From a virus: 42,147 nucleotides of DNA. Shown here piece after piece: positions 32,301-41,000 of the stretch (positions are counted from its first letter, which is position 1; each line of letters begins with the position of its first letter). The notes beneath the pieces were generated by a model, which saw nothing but the letters and a program-made list of their open reading frames with translations, did no database searches and had not been told where the DNA came from. The stretch lies in the IMG/VR virus record IMGVR_UViG_3300026270_000002; one strand, written 5' to 3'. Position numbers and translations under genes: made by a program.

Positions 32301-35300
32301 ATATCCAAAAGTTGCTACTGATAAAAGACATGAATTTGTATTTAAATGGGCATTAGCAGCTACATCTAACGGTATAAAAGTAGATAAAAATTATGAGTAT
32401 GCAGCAGATGTATATGAAAAATGGTTGAGGTCAGAAGAAGAACTAGGTGAAGGTAAAGGCAGATTGCCAGAAAAAATGTTAAATGCACAAGGCGAAAAGA
32501 CAGGTGGTACTGCAAGAGCAGCAATGGAAAAATCTTTTAAAATATTAAATTTATTATTTGATAGAAAATCTTTTAAAGAAATAGAAGAATTTATGAGAAC
32601 TATGCATACTGTAAGAGAAGTGCATGAGTTTGTAGGAACATATAAAAATGGAAGACAAATAAAAGTAGGCGGTGGTTATGGATTAGATGAAATGGTTTAT
32701 GGTGCTGCAATAATGGGTCCAAAAATTGGTAATGGATTTTTTGCAAATTTAAATGGCAACTATGACCAATTAACTTTAGATAGATGGGCTATGCGTACAT
32801 GGGGTCGCATGACAGGTACGTTAGTTTTAAACAAACAAAAACAAGCAAAAATAAAAAGAGGGCAAATAAAACAAATAATTAAAGCTTTAACTAAGACACA
32901 GAAAAAAGCGTTTGAAGCAATTATTGGCAGAAAACTTACAATAGGTGACCTTGATCAATTAGCTATTGATATTGAAAAAGCATCTACTACAGAAGAAAAT
33001 CGTAAATTAATGGCACAAATAGCTACTTTTAAAGAAGATCCAAAACATAAAGAAATATATGTAGAAATTAATGGTAAGCCAAGAAAAGATGATGCCACAG
33101 TTTCTCTTGGTGACTACTTGCGTAAAAGAGGTAATTTATTAGCTAAAGATAATGATGGTCAAAAAGAAGCACCAAGTGGTGCTCCAGAAAGAAGAAATAT
33201 AGAAAAAGTTTTTGCACAAGTATTAGAAGTTTTGCAAAAAGATTATCCTTCTTTAACAATGGCAGATTTGCAAGCACTTGTTTGGTATCCAGAAAAAAAA
33301 TTATATGATTCTGCAAAATTAAAAGAAGCAGTAGTAGAAACAAATTACGAAGATAATGAAGCACCTGATTATGCCAATGCTGCTGTTGAATTTGCTGCTA
33401 GAATAGGTATACCAGATGAAGACATACAATCTGCAATACAGGAGGTGGATGATGAGTTACAGGCCGTTGAGCAATCAAGAGGAACACAACCTGATGCTGG
33501 AGGAAGAGGAGAGGTACGAGGAGATGATGGAACTTTCCAACAACAAGGAAGAATTGACGAAACCACAGGACTCCCTCTCAACCCAGATGGAACTGTCACC
33601 GTCTACCACCACACCAGTAGAAGAAACGCAGAACGAATCAGAGCGACAGGTGAACTTAGAAGTGCTGGAGAACCTGATGTCTACGTTACCACCAGAGCTA
33701 TCACGGATACTGGCTATGGTGATACAGCAGTTCCCATCAGGGTTGACCCAAAAATCCTTGAACCAAATGATGAATTCCCTAACGGACGAAGAGATTTCAA
33801 CATCAGACTTACAGATGCTGAAGGAAATCTTGTCTACGGAGGATCTATTCGAGTAAACGTTGGAGAGTTTGCACAGCAACAAGATTCTGACGGTGCTAGA
33901 GGTCGTTTTCAACCGGATACATTAACAGCATTATTTACTACACAAGCAGATTTCTCAACTTTTGCACATGAGAGTGCTCACTATATGTTAACTGTATTAG
34001 AAAATATAGTTACAGGAGAAAATGCCCCATTAGAACTAATAAATGATTTTAATATTTTATTAGATTTTTGGGGTGTAAAAGATTTAGAAACATGGAAATC
34101 TTTTGACATTGATCAAAAAAGAAAGTACCACGAATCATTTGCATATAACTTTGAAATTTATCTGTTTGAAGGTAAAGCTCCAAGCACGGCATTACAAGAA
34201 ATGTTTAGGAAATTTAGTAGATTTATTAAAAGAGTTTATACAGATGTTATTTACAAAGTTAACGCTGCTTATAAACAAGAAACTGGTCAAGACTTGCCTA
34301 TGCTTACTGACGAAGTAAGAAACGTAATGGACAGAATGTTAGCTGTTGATGAAGACATAGTACAAGCAAATGCAATATATGACATGAAAGGTATGTTCCA
34401 AACACAAGAACAAAGTGGGATGAATGATACAGAGTGGGCAGAATATACAGCAGCATTAGAAGAAGCAGAAAACGAATCAATAGAAATAATGACACGGCAA
34501 AGCATGAGACAAGTGCGTTGGTTAAATAACAAAAGAGAAAAAGTCAAAAAACAATTTGATAAAAAAGTTCTTAAATTGCGTCAAAAAATAGAACAAGAAG
34601 AACTTGAAAAATTAAAACAAGATCCAGTTTATAAAGTCCAATCATTTTTAAAACGTGGTGAAACTTATAATGAAAAAGGTGAATTAGTAAAAACAAAAGG
34701 TATTCATAAATTATCTATTAATAGCATCAAAAATTTAATACCATTTTATGACGAAGACGTAGCAAAAGCAGATATAAAAAAACTAGGTACTGGTCAAAAT
34801 GGCATGGTTAGAAAAAACGGTTTAGACGCAAAAGTTGTAGCAGATATGTTTGGGTTTCCATCAGGAGAATCATTGGTAAATGCATTATTAGAAATAAGAC
34901 CTATACAAGATGTTGTAAAAGAACGTACAGATCATCGTATGTTAGAAGAACATAGTGATTTAATTGATGACAGACAATTAGAATTACAAGTACAAGAAGC
35001 AATACATAACGAAGCAAGAGCAAGATTTATAGCAGTTGAACTAGGATTTTTAACAAAAGCTATGCAACCAGTAAGATATCAAGTTGCTGCTGCAAAACAA
35101 GTTGCTCAAGATATATTGGCAGAAATGAAATTATCAGAAATAAGACCGTCAGTATTTACAAGAGCAGAAGCTAATGCGTTAAAAGAAGCTGAAAAAGCAA
35201 TGAAAAGAAAAGATGCTGATTCTATTAGAGATGTTGTACAAGCAAAACGATCACAACTTTTAAACAATCAACTAGCAAAAGAAGCTATAGAAATACAAAA

Positions 35301-37968
35301 ACAATATAGAAAACAAGTTACAAATAGAGATTCTTTATTTAACAAGTTTTTTGGATCTGATAAAAAATTATTTAAAAAAGGCAAAAGTCAACGAAATTCA
35401 GATTTAGTAAGTGCGGGTAGAGCAATATTATCTTCTTATGGTATTGGACCAATAGTAGAAAATCCAATGGTGTATGTAGAAAATATGAAAGAATATGACA
35501 AATATATGTATGAAGAACTTAAGCCTATGATTGAGGACACACAAGCAGCCGAAGGTCAGGCAGATATTACAGATTTAACTTATGAAGAATTTTTAAATTT
35601 AAATGATTTGATGGAGTCTTTATGGCATCAATCTTTACGTCAAAATCAAATGAGAATACAAGGTGAATTAGTAGATATACAGCCATTAAAAGATACTTTA
35701 AATAATCGTATGAAAGTAATGATATCTAGAAGTAAAAGATTAAGTGCTAGAGCAGCAACACCTATTGGAACAACGGAAGCTGTACCAACATCATATGGCG
35801 ATTTTTTAGGGTTGTTAGGATTTGGAGCAAAACTGAGAAGAATGGAACCGTGGGTTGACATGATGGATGGAGCACAAGGTGTAAATCCGGGATTTCTTTC
35901 AGCAGTATTAGAATTAAAAGATGGCAAATTAGGTGATTTTTATAATACGTTATGGTTTCCAATGCGATCAGCATTAGATGAATACAGAGTAGATCAAACT
36001 ATTTATACAAAAGAATATGCAGAATTAGTTGGTGCTGTTGATTTTGGTAATACAGAAATTATGGCAAATGAATTTGCAATGGTTTCTGAAGAGTCTCAAG
36101 CATATAAATTTGGAGCAGAAAGTAATGGCAGAGGAAAAGTTGAATTGCTTGGAGCTATGCTGCATACAGGTAACGACAGCAATAAAAAGAAATTATTACT
36201 TGGCAGAAAATGGGGCAAACTTAACGAAGATGGGTCATTAGATTCAACTCATTGGGATGCGTTTGTAGAACGTATGATTAACGAGGGACATTTAACAAAA
36301 CAAGATTTTATATTTTTACAGTCAGTATGGGATTTAAATAAAAAGATGTTACCTCTTTTGCAAAAAGCACATAAAGAAACTGAAGGATATTATTTTAAAA
36401 TAGTTAAACCAACGCCAATTGTGAATAGATTTGGCGAATTTGAAGGAGGTTATGTACCTGCTAAAGGTGATCCAAATATGACAGATGTAAATATTAAAGA
36501 TGAAATAAGTACCGCAAAAATGGAGTTTAAAAATTCATTACCAAAAGTTGAAAACGGTATGACAAAAAAACGTAATGAGCAGTTTGCACAACCACTATCA
36601 TTGCATTTAGGCTATATGACAAAACATATAGATGACACACTACGTTATGCCCATATACAACCAGTAATCAAAGATTTATTAAAAATAATAGACGATAAAG
36701 AATTTACAAAGTTATTAAAAATTATAGATCCAACTATTAAAGATGAAATGATAATGCCTTGGTTAAAATCAGCAGCTAGTCAAAAAACATATTCACCTAG
36801 TGTGCTTGGTCCAAAAGCTGACGCACTTATACAAATTGGTAAACGTAGAACTGGTATGGGAATAATGTTTGGAAATTTAACAAACGCATTTACACAACTT
36901 ACAGGTTTATTCCCTGCACTTATAAAAGTAAAACCTAGACATTTAATAGAAGGCATAATTGAATACATGAAAGATAGAGAAGGCACAATGCAAAAAATTG
37001 CCGCAGCATCACCTTTCATGGCAGATAGACAACAGAATTTAATATTTGATATTCAAGGCAGGTTAAACGATTTAATTATAAATCCGGATAATTTTCAAAA
37101 AATGCAAGAGTGGAGTAAAGCTCATGGTTATTTTTTACAACAAACATTTCAAGGTATAACTGACGCTATTGTCTGGATTGGAACTGTTAACCAAGTAACT
37201 GAAAGAATGCCTGTAACTATGAGCAATGAAGAGGTAATGGCTGAAGCTATTAAACAAGCAGATGCAAATGTTCGTATGACACAAGATAGTTTATTGCCAG
37301 AAGACAGAGCAGCATTTCAAAACATGGACCCCATAATTCAATCATTAACACAATTTACTGGTTACTTTAATATGATTGCAAATTTAGATTTTACGCAATA
37401 TCAAAAGTTAGTTAAAGATGAAATAGGTTATAAAAATAAAGGTATAGGAACAGAGCAAGGATTTTATTTATATCTGTACACTATTCTTATGCCAGCAATA
37501 ATCTCAGGTCTTATTATGCGTGGTTTAGGTGGCAGATTAGGAGAAGACAAAGATGATGATGGCTATATACATGATGATGTAGCTAAAGCATTTTTAGGAG
37601 ATATTATGGGTTACAAGGCAGGTTTAATACCTGTAGTAGGACAACTTGCACTTATCCCAATAAATGCTCAAAATGATCTGCCTTGGGATGACGATATAGT
37701 TTCTAGCCCAAGTATTGAAGCATTGCAAGATTCGGCTCGTGTAATACTAGATCTTCCCATAACAATATTCCAAGAAGGTTTAGAAGGTACAACAGGAAAA
37801 CAAATAAGAGATGTTTCTACCTTGGTTACATTAAGAACTGGCATTCCATTTACACCATTAGGTAGAACATTTGGTTATTTACGAGATGTACAACGTGGCT
37901 ATGCTAAACCTAAAGGACCAGTTGATTTTATAAGAGGTGTTGTTACAGGTAAAACAGGTACAAGATAA
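29305..37968 (+). CDS. Giant (2,887 aa) internal/ejection polyvalent protein (gp16-position) with two ART-like modules, an HExxH module and C-terminal TM helices
   Basis: Uninterrupted ORF. Module 1: NWFRKSKMVNKDGTPMVFYHGT..GIYVT..GEIVEVAVFD, about 31477-31929. Module 2: TVTVYHHTS..DVYVTT..NDEFPNGRRDF, about 33560-33800. HESAH lies at 33967-33981, followed by YHESFAYNFEIYLFEGKAPS. The C-terminal hydrophobic helices are LYTILMPAIISGLIM and LIPVVGQLALIPI. Confidence 0.8.
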   Translation: MSSSNPFDNVGNDQFLGESYGSNQNNYVDDNPFDTYFKVQDKQKEEVLKQVLSLAQKKDPNRIGKAQILAEELGIPPDMALDNEGVLEILEERKKQQEIQNLNARDLALVNPLLAKQLRDPNFAAIAYDNIPRLQKTEGLFPGFKKLAQNYYEGDARGTIAREMGDIGDRLKTNGVPFLDTKRGFEEGYVPTQQDLDDLEALRVMEERLREYDNNGIGLLEGFAYMPGLLRGGQIEAITAGLVTAKGTDVATKALTSTFFSQLFGNDGGGNFMGYGVGYAIGQVVSPFISLFTGMNAYTNKMTLDMKQIASGHQYMEARSRGISVERAQVLAEITGWSEAAIERVGIEYFSRVLKKSAPGYLKLIDPLTSPLMKKSGLDKAINRVFAKNVLSNGGRKLTYKAALFRGATQYMSNVGVELTTELLQELNAIAGINLFAEFEDGVTPISAVEIGDRIYNTMDMTFRSMVLFGLLPSIGSFATDFTAASKAKKDTAILSKLSQISKDDVTKKRNKTAWQNWVQQLADQNNADTIHINAQEFKQQLDNNAITEQQLELFSPELANQLKNAEKQGLSGTTIQIKTGDYLANISGTKFDESLKPHIKFGSDQMSLTEANQFFKDQPEILKAMKEEVSKQKDQLLQDQEESRQIELQITNQLKNLNIYKPHNARFLSRLIGNFAKTYSQYTNQTPSQFINDHFYNIQLDTKSKNFGQQYFNQDGTIKTDSPLFKNWFRKSKMVNKDGTPMVFYHGTTDNIRQFDLEHPNRLDTGYLGKGIYVTPNKGLAKIYADIKKSRFRKKTEDKKILELYVRLENPKTVNVNSGIKSQNKDGGKAAANAYKDKLINEGHDGVIMVNNSGEIVEVAVFDANAVKSVDNSGNWSNEINDIYKQQVTESFEQKATQKQGKPVSEEVFQLARILENFDFAKSKPFATNRDFKLEIQGRIQAAAKKAGVNLADFSVETEKYLVRTLLEDARFALTENANAVGWYDEKVSKAVRILSLVYPKVATDKRHEFVFKWALAATSNGIKVDKNYEYAADVYEKWLRSEEELGEGKGRLPEKMLNAQGEKTGGTARAAMEKSFKILNLLFDRKSFKEIEEFMRTMHTVREVHEFVGTYKNGRQIKVGGGYGLDEMVYGAAIMGPKIGNGFFANLNGNYDQLTLDRWAMRTWGRMTGTLVLNKQKQAKIKRGQIKQIIKALTKTQKKAFEAIIGRKLTIGDLDQLAIDIEKASTTEENRKLMAQIATFKEDPKHKEIYVEINGKPRKDDATVSLGDYLRKRGNLLAKDNDGQKEAPSGAPERRNIEKVFAQVLEVLQKDYPSLTMADLQALVWYPEKKLYDSAKLKEAVVETNYEDNEAPDYANAAVEFAARIGIPDEDIQSAIQEVDDELQAVEQSRGTQPDAGGRGEVRGDDGTFQQQGRIDETTGLPLNPDGTVTVYHHTSRRNAERIRATGELRSAGEPDVYVTTRAITDTGYGDTAVPIRVDPKILEPNDEFPNGRRDFNIRLTDAEGNLVYGGSIRVNVGEFAQQQDSDGARGRFQPDTLTALFTTQADFSTFAHESAHYMLTVLENIVTGENAPLELINDFNILLDFWGVKDLETWKSFDIDQKRKYHESFAYNFEIYLFEGKAPSTALQEMFRKFSRFIKRVYTDVIYKVNAAYKQETGQDLPMLTDEVRNVMDRMLAVDEDIVQANAIYDMKGMFQTQEQSGMNDTEWAEYTAALEEAENESIEIMTRQSMRQVRWLNNKREKVKKQFDKKVLKLRQKIEQEELEKLKQDPVYKVQSFLKRGETYNEKGELVKTKGIHKLSINSIKNLIPFYDEDVAKADIKKLGTGQNGMVRKNGLDAKVVADMFGFPSGESLVNALLEIRPIQDVVKERTDHRMLEEHSDLIDDRQLELQVQEAIHNEARARFIAVELGFLTKAMQPVRYQVAAAKQVAQDILAEMKLSEIRPSVFTRAEANALKEAEKAMKRKDADSIRDVVQAKRSQLLNNQLAKEAIEIQKQYRKQVTNRDSLFNKFFGSDKKLFKKGKSQRNSDLVSAGRAILSSYGIGPIVENPMVYVENMKEYDKYMYEELKPMIEDTQAAEGQADITDLTYEEFLNLNDLMESLWHQSLRQNQMRIQGELVDIQPLKDTLNNRMKVMISRSKRLSARAATPIGTTEAVPTSYGDFLGLLGFGAKLRRMEPWVDMMDGAQGVNPGFLSAVLELKDGKLGDFYNTLWFPMRSALDEYRVDQTIYTKEYAELVGAVDFGNTEIMANEFAMVSEESQAYKFGAESNGRGKVELLGAMLHTGNDSNKKKLLLGRKWGKLNEDGSLDSTHWDAFVERMINEGHLTKQDFIFLQSVWDLNKKMLPLLQKAHKETEGYYFKIVKPTPIVNRFGEFEGGYVPAKGDPNMTDVNIKDEISTAKMEFKNSLPKVENGMTKKRNEQFAQPLSLHLGYMTKHIDDTLRYAHIQPVIKDLLKIIDDKEFTKLLKIIDPTIKDEMIMPWLKSAASQKTYSPSVLGPKADALIQIGKRRTGMGIMFGNLTNAFTQLTGLFPALIKVKPRHLIEGIIEYMKDREGTMQKIAAASPFMADRQQNLIFDIQGRLNDLIINPDNFQKMQEWSKAHGYFLQQTFQGITDAIVWIGTVNQVTERMPVTMSNEEVMAEAIKQADANVRMTQDSLLPEDRAAFQNMDPIIQSLTQFTGYFNMIANLDFTQYQKLVKDEIGYKNKGIGTEQGFYLYLYTILMPAIISGLIMRGLGGRLGEDKDDDGYIHDDVAKAFLGDIMGYKAGLIPVVGQLALIPINAQNDLPWDDDIVSSPSIEALQDSARVILDLPITIFQEGLEGTTGKQIRDVSTLVTLRTGIPFTPLGRTFGYLRDVQRGYAKPKGPVDFIRGVVTGKTGTR

Positions 37969-37973
37969 TAAAA

Positions 37974-38004
37974 GTGTGACCGTAATCTATAAAGTTATTG
38001 ATAA
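37974..38004 (+). promoter_or_regulatory. GTGTGACCGTAA motif, copy 4, plus TTGATAA box (candidate late promoter)
   Basis: The exact 12-mer at 37974-37985 lies 5 nt after the giant gene's stop. TTGATAA starts 24 nt after the motif start. The next ATG is at 38035. Confidence 0.55.
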
Positions 38005-38034
38005 CCTTAATAAGATAGTGAAAATGTCTAGTTA

Positions 38035-41000
38035 ATGACGATAAATTCGACTACACGAAAGACTAGTAATTTGGCCGGAAATGGCAATACTCATACATAT
38101 CCGTTTGCCTTTAAAGTTTTTACAGACGCAGATGTAGTTGTAAAAAAATTAGAAGTTAGTACAAGTATAGAAACTACCTTAACTCTAGGTGCTAACAATG
38201 ATTATATAGTTACTTTAAATTCAGATCAAAATGGTAATCCCGGTGGAAGCATAACCTTAAAATCAGGTGGTAACAATTTTAATTTACCTTCTGGTTTTCA
38301 ACTTGTTATTACATCTGCTGTAGAACCATTACAAGGAACAGATCTTACTAACCAAGGTGGATTTTACCCAGAGGTTATTAATGACGCTTTAGATCAAGCA
38401 GTTATATTGCACCAACAACAGCAAGATGAATTAGATAGATCAATTAAATTTTCATTAACTAATACTATTGGTAGTTTAGAAATTACAGAAAACGCTAACG
38501 CTCGTAAAAACAGAGTATTAGGTTTTGACAATTTAGGTGAGTTTGAAGTATTAAAAGAACTAGGAACATATCGTGGTAATTGGGCTGCTGGTACTTCTTA
38601 TGCAGTAAGAGATCTTGTTAAAGATACATCTACAAATAATATTTTCTTTTGTAATACAGCACATACTTCACAAGGTGCACAGCCATTAACAACTAATACT
38701 AACTCTGCAAATTGGGATTTAATAGTAGACGCAGCATCATCTACTACTGCACAAAATAATGCAGCGGCATCCGCTACTGCATCCGCAAATTCTGCCACTG
38801 CCGCAGCTTCATCTCAAACGGCAGCAGCAAATAGTGCGACGGCCGCAGCAACGTCTGAAACAAATGCAAGTAATTCTGCAACTACTGCATCTACAAAAGC
38901 GACACAAGCAGACGCATCTAAAACAGCCGCCCAAACTGCGCAAGCCGCAGCGGAACTTGCACTTGATACTTTTGATGACAGATATTTAGGAGCAAAACAA
39001 AGCGACCCGGCTACGGATAATGACGGTAATGCACTTATAGATGGAGCGTTATATTACAACACAACATCTAACATAACTAAAGTTTATGATTTAGGTACAA
39101 CATCTTGGTTAGTTGTAAATATAACTGGTACTGATCTAACAAATACAAATACAGTTGCTGGTGCGATTAGTAACGTTAATACAGTAAGCAGCAACATTTC
39201 TAATGTAAATGCAGTTGCTAGTAATTCTAGTAATATTAACGCTGTAGCTGGAAATAACAGCAATATTAATACAGTTGCAGCAGCTAATACAAATGTTAAT
39301 TCTGTAGCTGGCAGTATTGCAAACGTAAATACTGTGGCAAGCAATATATCCAACGTCAATACAGTAGCAGCGGATATCGCTAAAGTAGTTACTGTCGCTA
39401 ATGATTTAAATGAAACTGTTTCAGAAATAGAAACAGCAGCAGCAGATTTACAAGAAACAACTTCAGAAATAGATACTGTTGCTAATGCAATTACTAATGT
39501 AAACCTAGTAGGAAATAATATAAGTAATATCAATGCAATAGGTACTATTCTTGCAGGTCAAACTACATATGCAGTAACTGTTGCTAATGGTGTTTTCTAT
39601 ATTGATGGTGCTGCTAATCCAACTCTAAGTATTATTAGAGGGTTTACATATATATTTGACCAATCGAACAATTCAAATGCTGGGCATCCATTAGCTTTTA
39701 AAGATGGAAGTGGCAATGCTTATACAACTGGAGTAACTGTTAACGGTACGGCAGGTCAATCAAATGCAAATGTAACTTTTGTTGTACCTTCAAATGCCCC
39801 TGCATCAATGCGTTATTACTGTACACAACATGGTAATGGTATGGGTAATACTATTACAGTTGGTGATGACAATATTGGTGTTGTAGCAGGTGATATAAAT
39901 AACGTTAATACTGTTGCAGGTTCAATCTCTAACGTAAATAATGTTGGTGGTAGTATTGCAAATGTTAACTCTGTTGCTAGTAATTTAAGTGGTGTTAATG
40001 CATTTGCTGAAAGATATAGAACAGATAATAGTGGTAATAATCCATCAACTAATAATGATGGTGGTGATTTATTTTTTAACCAAGCAAGCGGTAAATTACT
40101 TGTTTATAACGCTAACACTTCTGCATGGGAAGAAACACAATCTGTTGGTAACTTTTTTATAAATACTATTAGCAGTTTTAGTGGCACTGGTGGTAATAGT
40201 GCAACGTTTAATGGATCTGCATACAAATTTACATTAAGCAATGCAGGTCAGTTTGCTCAACAAATGTTGGTAAGTGTTGCTGGTGTAGTACAAAAACCAA
40301 ATACAGGCACAGGACAACCTAGTGAAGGGTTTGCTTTAGATGGTGCAAACATTGTTTTTGCTGCTCCACCTCCAGCCGGGGCTGATTATTTTATAGTTAC
40401 TATTGGTGCGTCTGTAAGTATTGGTACGCCTAGCGATGGCACTATTACAGAAGCCAAATTAAATGCTAGTAACAATCCTGTTAATGGATATTTTTTACAA
40501 GCACAATCTGGTGCAGCAGGTGGTTTAACTTGGGCTGCTGTAGATCTTACTAATCTAAGTGCAAGCAATTTAACTTCTGGTACTTTACCTAATGCTAGAT
40601 TCCCTGCAACATTGCCAGCAGTTAGTGGAGCAAATCTAACTAATTTACCAGCAGGTAATTTAACAGGCACAGTAGCAGATGCTCGTATCACAAGTTTAAC
40701 AGCATCAAAATTAACAGGTGCTTTGCCCGCCATAGACGGATCAAACCTTACAGGTATTACCTCAACAACTATAAACAACAACGCAAACAATAGAATTATT
40801 ACTGGTTCTGGAACTGCAAATACTTTAGAAGGTGAATCAACCTTAACCTTTGATGGTACAAATTTACTTTTTGGTGCTGGTAGAAGTCTTAGATTTACCT
40901 CTGGTGGAGGTTGGTCAGGTAATAGTGCTATGAAGATTGAAGGTCATAATAATCATCTTTATCTTTGTGGTGGATCAAGTGGATTTATCTTTAGAGATAC

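Noticed and set aside
33369-33912. Three long alternative-frame or antisense ORFs (33369-33599 minus, 33416-33856 plus, 33475-33912 minus) stacked inside the giant gene
   Set aside because: They coincide exactly with the GC-shifted island, where stop codons are depleted in all frames. They have no RBS and low-complexity translations. I treat them as compositional by-products, not overlapping genes.
29305-37968. N4-style virion RNA polymerase hidden in the giant protein, which could read the 12-mer motif
   Set aside because: I could not find single-subunit RNAP motifs (T/DxxGR, the Rx3Kx6-7YG motif B, HDS-type motif C). This remains formally untested without a profile search.
38598-39533. ORFs 38598-38798 (minus), 38759-38989 (plus) and 39084-39533 (minus) inside tail fiber 1
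   Set aside because: They arise from the Ala/Ser/Thr coiled-coil and NVN-repeat coding regions, which are stop-poor in other frames. The fiber frame is clearly the real one.
39139-40005. Regular repeats of about 30 nt that could superficially resemble a CRISPR array
   Set aside because: The units are contiguous and imperfect with no unique spacers. They are in frame within a long ORF and encode a decapeptide repeat.
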